A stretch of 64,000 nucleotides of DNA from Tubulanus polymorphus (lineage: Eukaryota; Animalia; Nemertea). This document shows, in pieces, positions 12,215-24,186 of this stretch (its first letter is position 1; every line of letters starts with the position of its first letter). The position numbers and the translations under genes were made by a program. The notes under the pieces are model-generated. The model searched no databases. It was not told the origin of the DNA and worked only from the letters and a program-made list of their open reading frames with translations. Where the stretch lies: the NCBI RefSeq assembly GCF_964204645.1, contig NC_134028.1, positions 7,192,001 to 7,256,000 of the forward strand, read 5' to 3'.

Positions 12215-13164
12215 GTTATCGCTAGTTGTTCAAGATTGCGGAATCATTAAAGCAGACAATAAACCCGCTATCACTGCTTTGCAGCTATATTTCTCGTTCC
12301 AGAAGATGAATATTAGAATAAAGTCAAAACGTAAAATAGACTGAGAAAATGGTGGCATAATTTTTCTCTTTCCAGAATACGATGCACCAGCCACGAATTG
12401 CAGCTGGAGTAATTGAGAAAATTCACCTCAAATATTGAAGAATTTCTTTGTTGCTGAAGTTGCTATCTTTTCTGTAGGAAGTCAAGTAATTTTCTCTACA
12501 CGATTCAACCTGGTTCTCGCTTGTTATAGAACTTGCGTTTGAATTATTTGTAAATTCATTTTTTTTCAGTAAATCTCCGGCCAGTGCTTTATGACATTTA
12601 CTTCATGACATTATGGCTCTTGGAAGTGAAATCCTGCTAGAAATGGGAATGGTCAAAATGGTACATCACGAAGTGGCGACCAATATGCCATTTGACAGGG
12701 ACACGGACCAAGACCCCATCTACCTTGAGATTGATATACCGCCACTTACTTCAGACTTCTGCAATTTTAAAGCAATTTTCAAGTTTAAAGCCAAATGAAA
12801 ATTTGAAAAATGAATAGCCCGTTTACTAACTCAGGGGAATAGATGATAAAAACCCGCTATATACAAATTTAAAAGATTAGACACGAGTGATCGAGTTATT
12901 TTTAGGGGAAATTATTCTTGAAAAACACGCAAAAACCCTGCTTTTTAGCACTTTATAGTAATGGCACGTTTTTATATATGACAATTTGCATGCTTGAAAT
13001 TGTAAAAGTTTAAAGTTCAATCCTTCCTGGAAGTGTCGCCGTTTTTAGTTCGACTGATCTCAATGTACTTTTCGACCTACAGGCCCTCACTTTATAAACC
13101 CTCTAAATTTCCTCGCTTCTATTTATTTGAGTTGACCTTGTAACCTGAGCTACAATGAATAGAC

Positions 13165-13595
13165 GTAAAACTCGTAAAACGTAAATCGTAACTCGTAAAA
13201 CGTAACTCGTAAGTCGTAAAACGTAACTCGTAAGTCGTATGGCCCTTGAGGTATTCCATAATTCATAATCTATAAAATAAATGTTTTCTTTAATTTTGAT
13301 ACTGGAGTAAACGGTAAATCGTAAGGCGTAACGTATTGAAGGAAAAATGTAGTAGTAACTCGTAAAACGTAACTCGTAATTCGTAAATCGTAACTCGTAA
13401 GTCGTATGGCCCTTGAGGTATTCCATAATTCATAATCTATAAAAAAAATGTTTTCTTTAATTTTGATACTGGAGTAAACGGTAAATCGTAAGGCGTAACG
13501 TATTGAAGGAAAAATGTAGTAGTAACTCGTAAAACGTAACTCGTAATTCGTAAATCGTAACTCGTAAGTCGTATGGCCCTTGAGGAATTCCATAG
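13165..13595. repeat. 167-bp tandem repeat (~2.5 units) built on CGTAA microrepeats
   Basis: TATGGCCCTTGAGG recurs at 13238, 13405 and 13572. Confidence 0.9.
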
Positions 13596-13847
13596 TATAT
13601 GTTTGTATATTTTTGACATTTTGTGGATGGATGTATTCTGACTTGCGAAATTACGGCCAATCTAATACTGCGTCGCTAGTGCATTTGTATATACCCGCGT
13701 CAGCAGTCAGCCGCGTGCGTGCGAATATAGGTTACAGTATATGGCTGTGGGTGTTAGTAATCACCTGAGTGAGTCTATATATAGCACAGTTACTCGGCAA
13801 TGATAGTATACACAGAACTCTAACACATCTGCAGGCGCATATATTGT

Positions 13848-14186
13848 CATCCTCCCCCGGCAGGGATTCGAACCTGATGGCATCGAGATTGCCACGGCAC
13901 GAAACCCTGCCATAATCGACCGTGTGCGCAGATACATGCGCAGTTCAGATGATGTGATTTTTAGCCAATCAGAAATCCCGTTTTATTTTAGCCCGGGTTT
14001 TCCCATTTATAGTTCTTCCTTGAAATTTGCCTCAACGATTATACAACGAGCAATCTGATTGGTGCCGCCAGTTTTCGTTCGGAAAGCTGCGCATGTACCT
14101 GCGCACCCGGTCTACTGATGCAGGGTTTCGTGCCGTGGCTGAGTGTAGCGATGCCATCAGGTTCGAGTCCCTGCAGAGGGAGGATG
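13848..14186. mobile_element. MITE family A, copy 3 (inverted relative to copies 1 and 2)
   Basis: TIRs as copy 1; 9-bp TSD ATATATTGT at 13839-13847 and 14187-14195. Confidence 0.85.
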
Positions 14187-14210
14187 ATATATTGTCAGCC
14201 TCGTACATCT

Positions 14211-14536
14211 CATCTTCACCCGTCAAGGGATTCGAACCCACTACGCTAAAGCTGTTCGCTGAACCCCTTGACCTCACGAGTCGTTGGAGTCGTTACTAGC
14301 CGACCAGAATCCGGTCGTACCAATCACAGCGCTTGTAACAAACGACTTTAGGCTTCTATTGGTTTTTCCGTTAAATTAACCAATCAGCGAACGTTTTACT
14401 GAACAAGGAAGTATTTCGCAAATCGATATATGACGTCATGCGCAACAGCGCCAGTAATGAAATCACGCTTCGTGAGGCCAGGGGGCTGGTGGAAGCGAGT
14501 TCGGGAGTGATACCGGACCACTGGCAAGCGAGGATG
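14211..14536. mobile_element. MITE family B, copy 2
   Basis: 9-bp TSD CGTACATCT at 14202-14210 and 14537-14545. Confidence 0.85.
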
Positions 14537-15350
14537 CGTACATCTTCAATCCAAATTAATTTATATTTAGTATAATATTTTTGACAATATATGCACTAAA
14601 TGATTTAATGGTGAGCCACAGGGCCATTGGACCTTTATTAAGAAAAGGGACCGTGGATACGGCTACGATTTGAATTACGAATCTACAGATGGAAATTAAA
14701 GGGGATAGCGAAGGAAAAATCGGGATCTTTCATCTTCATACGAATTTGTAGTTATACGAATTAACCGGTAACGAATTAAGCTAGGTTGACTATTGTGGGC
14801 TTATAGTCCAGTTAATGAAAGTTGACAAATATTGACAGGTTTTCAGGTAATCATGGGACATTATTTTGTATGAACTGTTGTGACGTGTTATTTGAAATAA
14901 ATATATATACTTCTCTGTCGTTCCATTTATGATTACAGACGCCAGCAGTCACATACACGATAAACCTTACGTAGGTGATAAACCTACATTCCATAAGTTC
15001 AGTTTCATAAAAATTATTTACTCAAAAATATTCATTGATCAGGCAAATTGAAATTGAATCGAGTTAAGTTTTTATGAAACTGAGGCAGAGGGGCAACAAT
15101 TGCGTCAGAACACATTTTATTTTGAAGAAAAATCCAAACATTGATTCCTCTGTTTGTTAAACGGATCCGACTCGGTTTCAATAACATTAACATAATCCTA
15201 AATCAATTTAGGAGTTTATTGTCAAACTGGACCCTGCAGGGAATGAAATATTCGGTATGTGTATGAAACTGAAGCCTACTAAACAGATTGAAACTCCCGC
15301 ATATATATATACACTTAGGCAAAGTAATCAATATTATGAAAGTCTGTATA

Positions 15351-18300
15351 TTAAAGAACATTCAGAGTAATATTTCCGATCGGGTAACAATGTCCACAAT
15401 TACCGCCACATTTACCGGACGCTTTGCTGTCGTCACCAGGATTTATGCCGGCAATGCTGCGAGGACGGTAACCAGCGGCCTTCCATTCTGTCTACAAATT
15501 AAAGAAACAGGAATTTTATTTCCAAGAAGTACGTTCTCATCAACTAATCGAACGTTTGAGTGTTTTTTGCTCCAGCGCACCATACTCAGATGGGTGAAGT
15601 AACGATTTTTTTCTACCGGCCACAATTACCCGGAAGTATTACTGAAATATAAACAAAATGGCAGGATTTTTGAATCGCGAGGTTTAGGGTTTAGGGTCCG
15701 AAGGGCTAGGGCTAGGGTGAGGTTATAATGGGGTAGAGTTAGGATAAGGATACGATAAATTTATTTAAATAAAAAAACAATAAGTTAAATAAGTTAGTAT
15801 TAGATAAAGTAACTTATTGTTTTTTTATTTAAATCTTTTTGATTTCTATTCACGCTATTGGTTAACAAGAATTGACTAGAATTCAAATAGATTTAACAAG
15901 AAATTGAATAACTTTAACTGTTAGTATCACTCTTGTATTATTTCATTGTTTCTCTTATTGAATAAGCCAACTAACTAATATCACTCTTGTATTATCCTAG
16001 TCAAATGTAAAGAATTACAATATCATACTTGAATGAATTAAAACATAAATTACTTCTGTGACTTCATTTTCAGAAATAAAACATAATATGTATTTAATAC
16101 ATTAATACGTATTTAATATATATTTAATACATTGATACCTCAACCCCCTTTTTTGGGTTAACTAATATTTCATACATTCAATATTTCATACATTTCAACT
16201 AATTTAACAGTCTTATTCGTGATTTATCATTTAGTTTATGAATATACAATCTACACAATTCAATACTTAAACAGTTTAACAATCTAGCGGGTTCATTGTA
16301 TTACTCTGTTAATAATGATAAATGTAAACATATAATAATATGAATATGATTTATACTTTTCCAAATACTTATAATAAATCTGTGAGATAAATAAATATTG
16401 AAACAGAAATATATATGATAAAACTATTTATATATCTATGTACTAGACGTACGTAAGAATCCAAGAATCCAAGAAATCTTACTTTCTTGGCAAGAATCTT
16501 ACTTTCTTACTCGTACGTCTAGTACATAGATATATAAATTAGTTTAGATTATATAAAAATGAATAAATTATCAATCTAAGTATAGAAATAGTTATAATAT
16601 AATCTATTTTTTATTTTTATTATGTGAAAACATATAATTTATTCATTTTTATAAATATATTAGAATTATTATTAGAATTATTATTATAAAACTAATTCAT
16701 GTACCCAAGACGAGACGTACGAGTAAGAATCCAAGATTCTTACTTTCTTGGTAAGAATCTTACTTTCTTACTCGTTTTTATAAAAATCATAAATATAAAT
16801 TATTAATCTAAATATAGAAATAGTTATAATATAATTTATTTTTATATATTTCAGCCAATTTAACAGTCTATTGCTTAATTTGAATTATACAGTTTATCAT
16901 CTAATTCATGAATATATTTATGATTTCTCAAACTCTTTTTATTTTTATATCTTTTATTACAAATTTCACAACACTTAATATTATTCAATCTATCTGAAAT
17001 ATAATTTATATTATCTTTCAATTCTGTATATCTAATTTTACAAGAATCATAAAATTCGAACAACTGTTTTATACTATAAATTGAAAAAGAAAATAAACCT
17101 GTAAGCATAATAATTGATTTAATATTCTGTTGATTTTTATATATTAGATGTAATAAGTTTAATATATTTTCACTCATTTTTATAGTCAAAATATATGAAA
17201 TTAAAAGATGCTGTTTTAATCCTCTAAATCATTTTCTAAATTAACTTTTTTATTCTTTTTATTTCTGTGATTGTTTCCATTTAACTTCTTTAATTTTTTA
17301 CTCAATTTATTATTTTCATTCATCAAATCTTTTGAAATATTCTCAAATTTAGAGTTTGAAATATTTTGAAATATTTTGAAGTAAAAGTATAATGCCGCCA
17401 ATATTAACCCTCCTGCCACAAGGTAATGTTTCAAATCACTTTTCCCAGTTGGAATGCTGAAATCATCCATTTATTTAAAGAAAAAAATTAAAAGTAATTT
17501 GAAATATCTTATTTTGAATATGAATATTTAGAGTTGAATTATTATTTTTGAGTTATGATATTTTGATTTAAGATGGTGTGATTCATTGCTTTGAGTATAA
17601 TATTTTCCACAATTACATAAAACGCTTTCATTAGGATTATATTTAGGCGCAACAATTTCATTATCTAAGTTACATTGAATTCCAACATCTTTATATGATT
17701 TTTCATTTGGAATGTCAGGGATAAATCTCTTTTTTTATAATCTGAAAAACATAACATAGCATTCTCTGAATGGGCAATAACGTAAGTGTAAAAATAATGT
17801 TTTATGTGAATTTTCATTATTAAAAAGTGATTGCATTTCATCTGTAATTATTAAATGTTTATCTATTCCATCAAATGTTGTGAATTCTGGAATTATTGTA
17901 TTGAATAAGAATTTATCTTTATCATTCGATAACTCTATTATTAGATAATGATTTTTAAACACTAATTCAGTAATATTTTTCACTTGAAAACGAAGACGCG
18001 CAGTTTTAATCAAATCTTTAATAGGAATGAAATTTTTAATTGTAAAATATTTTTCTAATTCATTTAAATCGATATCTTTGAAATGTAGTATCTGTTCATT
18101 CATATTTATAAGTAGTTGTTTTATTAAAATTGATATTTTCATCAACTCGTTAATTACTCGTTACTTTTAAACATAAAATAAGAATTTAACACATATAAAT
18201 ATAAATATTCACTGTTTTAAATATGAATTATTTCACTCGTTAATTACTCGTTACTTTTATACTGAAAATAAGAATTTAACACATATAAATATAAATATTC

Positions 18301-20454
18301 AATGATTTAAATATGAATTATTTCAATCACACTTTACTAACACTTTTAATGTTTAAAAATCTAACTCATACAAATATAAATATTGAAATATGTTTAAAAT
18401 ATATCTATATCTATTCTATAAGAGCTCGTTAATTACTCGTTACTTTTTTACTAACACTTTACTCACACTTTTATATTGAATAATCTATCAATTTATATGT
18501 TATTCATATATATTTTATCCATGTATATGAATATCTTAAGAGTAATAGGGGTTTAGTTGTTCTATACTAAAGTTTGAACGGTTGAGTGAGTAAAAAATGA
18601 AAAACATGAAAAATATGAAAATAATAATAATTTCTATTTGAATTAGGAGTGAAACTCATAAAAAATGAAAAATAAATTCGAGCGTGCGAGAATTATTTTT
18701 CATTTTTATAAGTTTCGCGACTAATTCAAATAGAAATTGTTATTATTTTCATGTTTTTCATTTTTACGAGCTCGACCGTTCGACCTTTGGTATAGAACAA
18801 CTAAACCCCTATTACTTCCGGATATTGATTGACTAAATCTCTTTGCTCTTCTCTAGTGACTTATATTCAATTAAATTTTCTATTCTCTTATACTGTTTTT
18901 ATTCCATAATTTGATTTCGTGAATACAAACAGTTGCATTTGTTTCTTTCCGTTTTTCATAATGTATGATTACGTAATACTTTAAATCTACATTTTTTCGC
19001 GGTGCTTCTTTTCAAAATAAACAACACGTTTCGTTTATTATTTTCATACTTCCAATTTTTTAATCTGCATTAATTTATTCATTCTTTATGACTTCTCCCT
19101 CCATAATCGGAAGAATTATATCCTTAGAGGCTTTTAATCTTAATCTTTAATGGCTGGCAAGGAGGGCGCTAGCTGTCGGTTTGGTTGTAGCGGCGTAAAT
19201 ACTGTTATGCCCCGTTCCGATGCAAAACCTTCTTTTCCGTGTCACTTCATCAAAGTGCACGCGGTGTCAGAATATTCGTAAAATGATGTTATAATCTCCG
19301 AATATAAGCGGAGAAATGCCATGTCTTGTTGATTTCGTTAATAGCCAGCGAGTCAGAGAAAGAGGACTACGATGAAGAGGAATTTCTTCACATGATTGTT
19401 ATGCATATAAATTATGATAATTCTGGTCCGGTCTATTACTGCTGCTATCAGCTTCCAGCTTGTACATTATACTTACTATTTTATTGAAAACGAAACCAGT
19501 TTCTCTCAAATCTAATTCAAATGTACCACTAGTTGTGCCCGCTCCCATACAGCCTCCACCAACACCAAATGGAACGTTAACACCGCTGGATGTGGAATAT
19601 GCATAATCGTCTCCTATGACATGAAGAGTCTAAAATGGTCAAATTAGGAAACATGTTATGAAAAAACAATGTGTTTGAATCTACGGTGGCTGTTCGTGCC
19701 TCTATAGCCGTTCAGAAAAATTCCTTAGTATGGCCCCAATCAGCCACCATACTGAATCCGATGATACTTCTGCTGCATACGTATACGTACCAGTGGATCT
19801 ATACGAATCTTTTTCCACTCAGTTCGGCCACAACCCGACCAGGAGCCGTCGCATTTGTTTTCCCCGTAGTTATTTCCCTTTAATGTGATGTATGCTTCGG
19901 TATAATTGCAATAGATTGTGACTGGTACAGTATTTTGTCCCAAATACAACGTGTAATCGCCCACCGTGTACATAGCTTCAGCCTCCTCGCAAGTTTTTGG
20001 GAATTTCGTGCAACACCGCGCTTAAATTGAGACGATTCGATTTTAAGAATCGTTAAACGATCCGTCAGCAAAAATACAAAAATACATCTTTATGTATTTT
20101 CGGTAATAGGTGATGTATACGGAAGACCAATGTGGCCATATGGTTTTTTTCGAAATTCTTCACTTTTAAACTCGAAATCTCGAGTTTCTAAGTCGAAATT
20201 TCGAGTTTAAAAATTACATGGCCGCATCGCTTTTCCGTAGGATTCGAGCCCTAAATGATGTTAATAGTATGAAGACTTAGTAACTAGAAATGCCGACTTA
20301 TCAACACATGTGCGCGCGGCGCGGTGCGGTAAACTTGGAGATCAGTGGTTGTATCATTAATTATGATAATAATGAATAAACGTTATTTCAAATACTATTA
20401 TCTACCTGTATAGACCGCGACGATCAGAAACGTCAAAAGTAATGTAGTTCTCAT
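15351..20454 (-). CDS. Stand-alone secreted GON-domain protein, copy 3 (190 aa); exons 20454-20406, 20020-19791, 19629-19477, 15491-15351
   Basis: In-frame splice: MRTTLLLTFLIVAVYT-ARCCTKFPKTCEE…KIRIDPL-TLHVIGDDY…GGGCMG…-TEWKAAG…GKCGGNCGHCYPIGNITLNVL. Intron 3 is 3985 nt. Confidence 0.85.
16875..17189 (-). CDS. Small protein with a hydrophobic segment and a C-terminal C2H2 zinc finger
   Basis: CEICNKRYKNKKSLRNHKYIH fits C-x2-C-x12-H-x3-H; a 104-codon ORF is unlikely by chance in such AT-rich DNA. Confidence 0.6.
   Translation of the reverse strand: MTIKMSENILNLLHLIYKNQQNIKSIIMLTGLFSFSIYSIKQLFEFYDSCKIRYTELKDNINYISDRLNNIKCCEICNKRYKNKKSLRNHKYIHELDDKLYNSN
17216..17470 (-). CDS. Small single-pass membrane protein with basic/acidic tail
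   Basis: YLVAGGLILAALYFYF hydrophobic helix; ATG start; packed between two co-oriented ORFs. Confidence 0.5.
   Translation of the reverse strand: MDDFSIPTGKSDLKHYLVAGGLILAALYFYFKIFQNISNSKFENISKDLMNENNKLSKKLKKLNGNNHRNKKNKKVNLENDLED
17528..18103 (-). pseudogene. ~190-codon ORF with one in-frame TAA (17737-17735) and a C-terminal CxC…H…H zinc motif
   Basis: The frame continues past the stop as KKRFIPDIPNEK…VLCNCGKYYTQSNESHHLKSKYHNSKIIIQL. Confidence 0.5.
18541..18816. repeat. ~276-bp imperfect palindrome
   Basis: AGTAATAGGGGTTTAGTTGTTCTATAC… pairs with …GTATAGAACAACTAAACCCCTATTACT, centred on AATTCGAGCGTGCGAGAATT. Confidence 0.9.
20118..20239. mobile_element. Short MITE-like inverted-repeat element in intron 1 of GON copy 3
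   Basis: TACGGAAGACCAATGTGGCCAT pairs imperfectly with ATGGCCGCATCGCTTTTCCGTA. Confidence 0.5.
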
Positions 20455-22208
20455 TTTATAAACGATCGACAAGCAAAATCTGTAAATGACACAAAATGAA
20501 AACAAATTTATCAAAAATGATCGAATGACGAGGAGGTAATAAGTTACCAATATTGCAAATGAAGCAATTTAGTTTTTCCTGTCGTAAACTGTAAAAATTG
20601 TCTTGGCTCGGTTCGAAACAAATTCAAATTATTTTCTTCACACGCTATCACGAACTCGGCAAAACTATTCTTACGCAGCAAAACGTTGCAATCCAAATTT
20701 GTGCTCGGGTAAATTCACGTACCTTTAACTATTCATTAGACGCCTCTATCGAAAATGGCTTTCTCCGAGTCTCAGGGTACAAAAATTGGAAAATTGCCAT
20801 TCAGTCTAATACTCCTTGAATGTACTTTACTAGTGAACAATGTGGCAAATAAGCGATATAATTTTTTCCAAGCTCTATTTGACATCATTGCAAATGTGGG
20901 AAAGTCTGTTTCTTTGTTAATTCTATACTGTAGTAGATGTCGACTGAAGGACGTGGGGGAATTTTTACTCTCGCCTTTTATTTGTGATGATTTACCAATT
21001 CAACTACAGCTATACAATCGATTTATCGAGTTGTTCATAACCACGTGTAATAGCGATCTTCAAAACCCCTCTGGGAAACGATTATTTCTGGTAGAAATTC
21101 CCCGACGGACAGGCAGTGCTTCATCGCAAATCTGAATAGAAACAATACGTCATCGCTTCATACTTCTATCGGTGATGGGTTAGTTCTAAACCTGGCATGG
21201 CATATGGCATGGCATTTGGCATTTGGTATGGCATTTTCTTCGAATCAAAACTTATTTCACTGATTTATAGATAATCTATATATAGATATCATAAGTTAGA
21301 TAGCCAGTTTGAAAATGAAATTCTTAGTCAAAATCGCGAACCAATTGTAAATGAATACACTAAGTATGGAAAATAACCGTTCTAAACGGAGGCACCGCAA
21401 TTACAGGTGGCGCCACCAGACGGGTTCCCTAGGCACAAGCTTCATCGAAGACGCTGTAAACTACAAAACACCTCAAAATACGGCGTAAGTGCTATGTAAT
21501 AATTCAATAAAGTCTCTGTTTCCAAACGAAATCTTTTCTTATTTTTTTCGAATGAAACTGACCCTATCGTATTTTTCAGTACAAAGGATATAACATGTAA
21601 ATCAATCAATCATTGCGATTCAGCCAAATTTTATCTTAGGACGAAGGTTCTGGCTGTGGAGAGGACAAAAGCACCACAGGAGGAGCGATTTGTTAAAAGG
21701 CGCGATTAAAGAAAACAGGAACGATTTGATTTTAATTGCGCAATTAGAATAAAATGAAAATTAAAAGTAGGTTAACTTCAATCGGTATTTGAGGCCTCAA
21801 TGACTGGTTGAAATCGTGATTTGCAACACATTTTACACAGTACGTGGCATTCAATATCTTCACGATCGGAAATCCAGAGCGGATCGAAAGAGCAACGACT
21901 CGATCAACTAGCAGCTTGGAAGGTTAACGGTAACCATCCTCAATTATTCAAAGCAGGTGGAAATCCTTACCTTTCCACCTTAGAAGAATATGATCTTTTA
22001 CTGACCAGTTATTGATTTTATTGATATAATTGTTCTTTTTATTTTTTTCATTTCATCAATTAGAGCATTATATGAATATGTGAACACAATATATAGATTT
22101 AGCACAAGTATTAAGTAGGATATTATTGAGCAACTGATTATTTATGATATGACAAAGTTAGATATGTTTTAGATCACGTAAGAACTGCTTTTTATAAAAA
22201 TTGAAAAA

Positions 22209-24186
22209 TTAGATAGTCAGGGTAATATTTCCAATCGGGTTACAATAACCGCAGTGCCCGCCACAACTACCAGATGCTTTCCTGTGATTGTTAGCATTTA
22301 CGCTAGCCTGACTTTTTGGATGCCAACCAGCTGCCTTCCAATTCGTCTACAAAATAAAAATTATTGTTGAAATTTTACGAAACATGCATTCTTATAAACA
22401 GATCCATACACTGTTAACTCTTATGCACATGTATTATGAAATTGCTCAGCTGAAAAAAGTTGAAGTGCGTTTCTTCTCACTGATTTGATTTTGTATGTTA
22501 ATTCAAGAGGTTTTGAACGGCGCGTTAATGGTTGTTATTCCTACAGGGAAACACTTGCGATATCAGGGTCATCGAAATGTGTTTCTTTCAAGAAGATTGC
22601 ATCAAGTCAACGCACGGTCAGGTCAACGCACGAAACAGATAACGTCAAAACTCGAGGAAATAAAATATTTACACATATTCGAGATATCAACACGTGGAAA
22701 ATAACAAACGTGTTGTTTTTTAAATAATTTTCAATTATAGTTAATCCTATCAACTAGATACATCAATAATATGCATTTGTTACATGTGTGTATATGAATA
22801 TGGGTGAATGTGAGAGTGTATGTTGTTTTAGGGTAGCTTAGGGTAGGGTAGGGTAGGGTAGGGTAGGGTTGGAGAATTTCGATAACTTTGGCAGTCAAAC
22901 ATACCGCCAATCAGTCGTTTGATGTGAAAATGCGACCGCCGATCACCCGATGGTATCTGTACCGAAGTAACTTACCGCGGTTGTTTTGAAATCGAAACTA
23001 GTTCCGGTCAAATCTAATGCGAATCCACCAGATACTGCTCCAGCTCCGGCGCAACCACCACCCTGACCATATGGAACTTTTACTGGTCCTGTAGATGTTG
23101 AATATGTGTAATCGTTACCTATTACATGGAGAGTCTGAAAAAAACATAAATATATATACTGATATACAGAATCTTTATAGCATTAACTGGACATATGAAT
23201 TTTCTTATCTATCGTCAAAGCACAAAATAATACAAGATTTATAATTCTAAATCATGATGATGATCTGAAGACGCGCGTCTGGAACCTAGAGCTCTAATCC
23301 AGAACATCATGGTAACAGTACTGGTTACTTCTCCCCAGGGAGAGATGACTGATAAATGGTTGGGATTAGAGTTAAAGGCTGGGGGTAAGGGCGCTATAGA
23401 CTAGAATTACTGTCACTGTCGCTAGATATCGTATACTCTCTTGTGCTTGGAGTCATAGAAAGTCTAAACGTGTCTCAAAAGTCAGTTTTATGCGACGTAC
23501 CTGTGGGTCTATGCGGATCTTTTGCCAAGTAGTTTTGCCGCACTGTGGCCAGTTGTTATCGCATTTGTTTTCCCCATAGTTACTCGCTTTCAGTGTGATA
23601 TATTCTTTTCTACACTCGCTGCAGAAGATCGTAACTGGCACAGAATTCGGCCCAAGAAACAGTGTGTGATAGCCCGTATTTCCAGCAATGGCGCCCGCCT
23701 CCTTACACGTCTTCGGAAGTCCATCGCAACACCGAGCTTAAATAAAGATTTGATTCTTAAAAAGATGATAGGTAGCTTAGATATTAGTTTTTTATCTAGT
23801 TTTTATTGGTGATCTATCAGCAGCTAATTTTGGTGTCGCACCTGAAAATATTTGAATGAAAGATCCATTTTATGTTTAGATTTTGAAAATATATTTATAA
23901 TATTATGCATGTTCCCTGGAAAATAATGAAATTTTTGGCCGATATGAACTTATTAAATTTGATGAACCTATAAATGTGTGGGACAATCACTGTAGATGTG
24001 AAAACAGTAAAAGTGAAATGTCTGGTTTACTTAACGTGTGTATAATCGATTAATCGGTATATGAAAGTTTCGATACGTTTCAGGAATGTATTACGATTTT
24101 TTATTTATATACTTTATTCCAAGCTCAGTTTTACCTGTATGAACGACAGCGATTAGAAACGTCAGAATAAATGAAGTCGTTTTCAT
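22209..24186 (-). CDS. Stand-alone secreted GON-domain protein, copy 4 (194 aa); exons 24186-24135, 23736-23501, 23134-22976, 22346-22209
   Basis: In-frame GT-AG splice, same phases as other copies; LPKTCKE…KEYITL…KIRIDPQ…PYGQGGGC…GSCGGHCGYCNP. Confidence 0.9.
22839..22868 (+). repeat. (TAGGG)6 microsatellite, G-quadruplex-capable, in a copy-4-specific intron insertion
   Basis: Read directly; ~22720-22935 has no counterpart in copies 1 and 2. Confidence 0.8.

Larger units (their letters stand above)
15557..19236. mobile_element. 3.7-kb AT-rich composite insertion of unknown class in intron 3 of GON copy 3
   Basis: Replaced by only ~38 bp in the paralogous intron remnant (5859-5896). Abrupt AT enrichment, three hairpins, three small ORFs; boundaries approximate. 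Confidence 0.7.

Noticed and set aside
13103-13660. Repetitive ORFs and a superficially CRISPR-like repeat pattern
   Set aside because: Units are 167-bp tandem copies with identical 'spacers'; eukaryotic context, no cas genes
15760-18540. Possible mitochondrial insertion (NUMT)
   Set aside because: AT-rich, but no mitochondrial protein, rRNA or tRNA motifs; ORFs carry zinc-finger motifs
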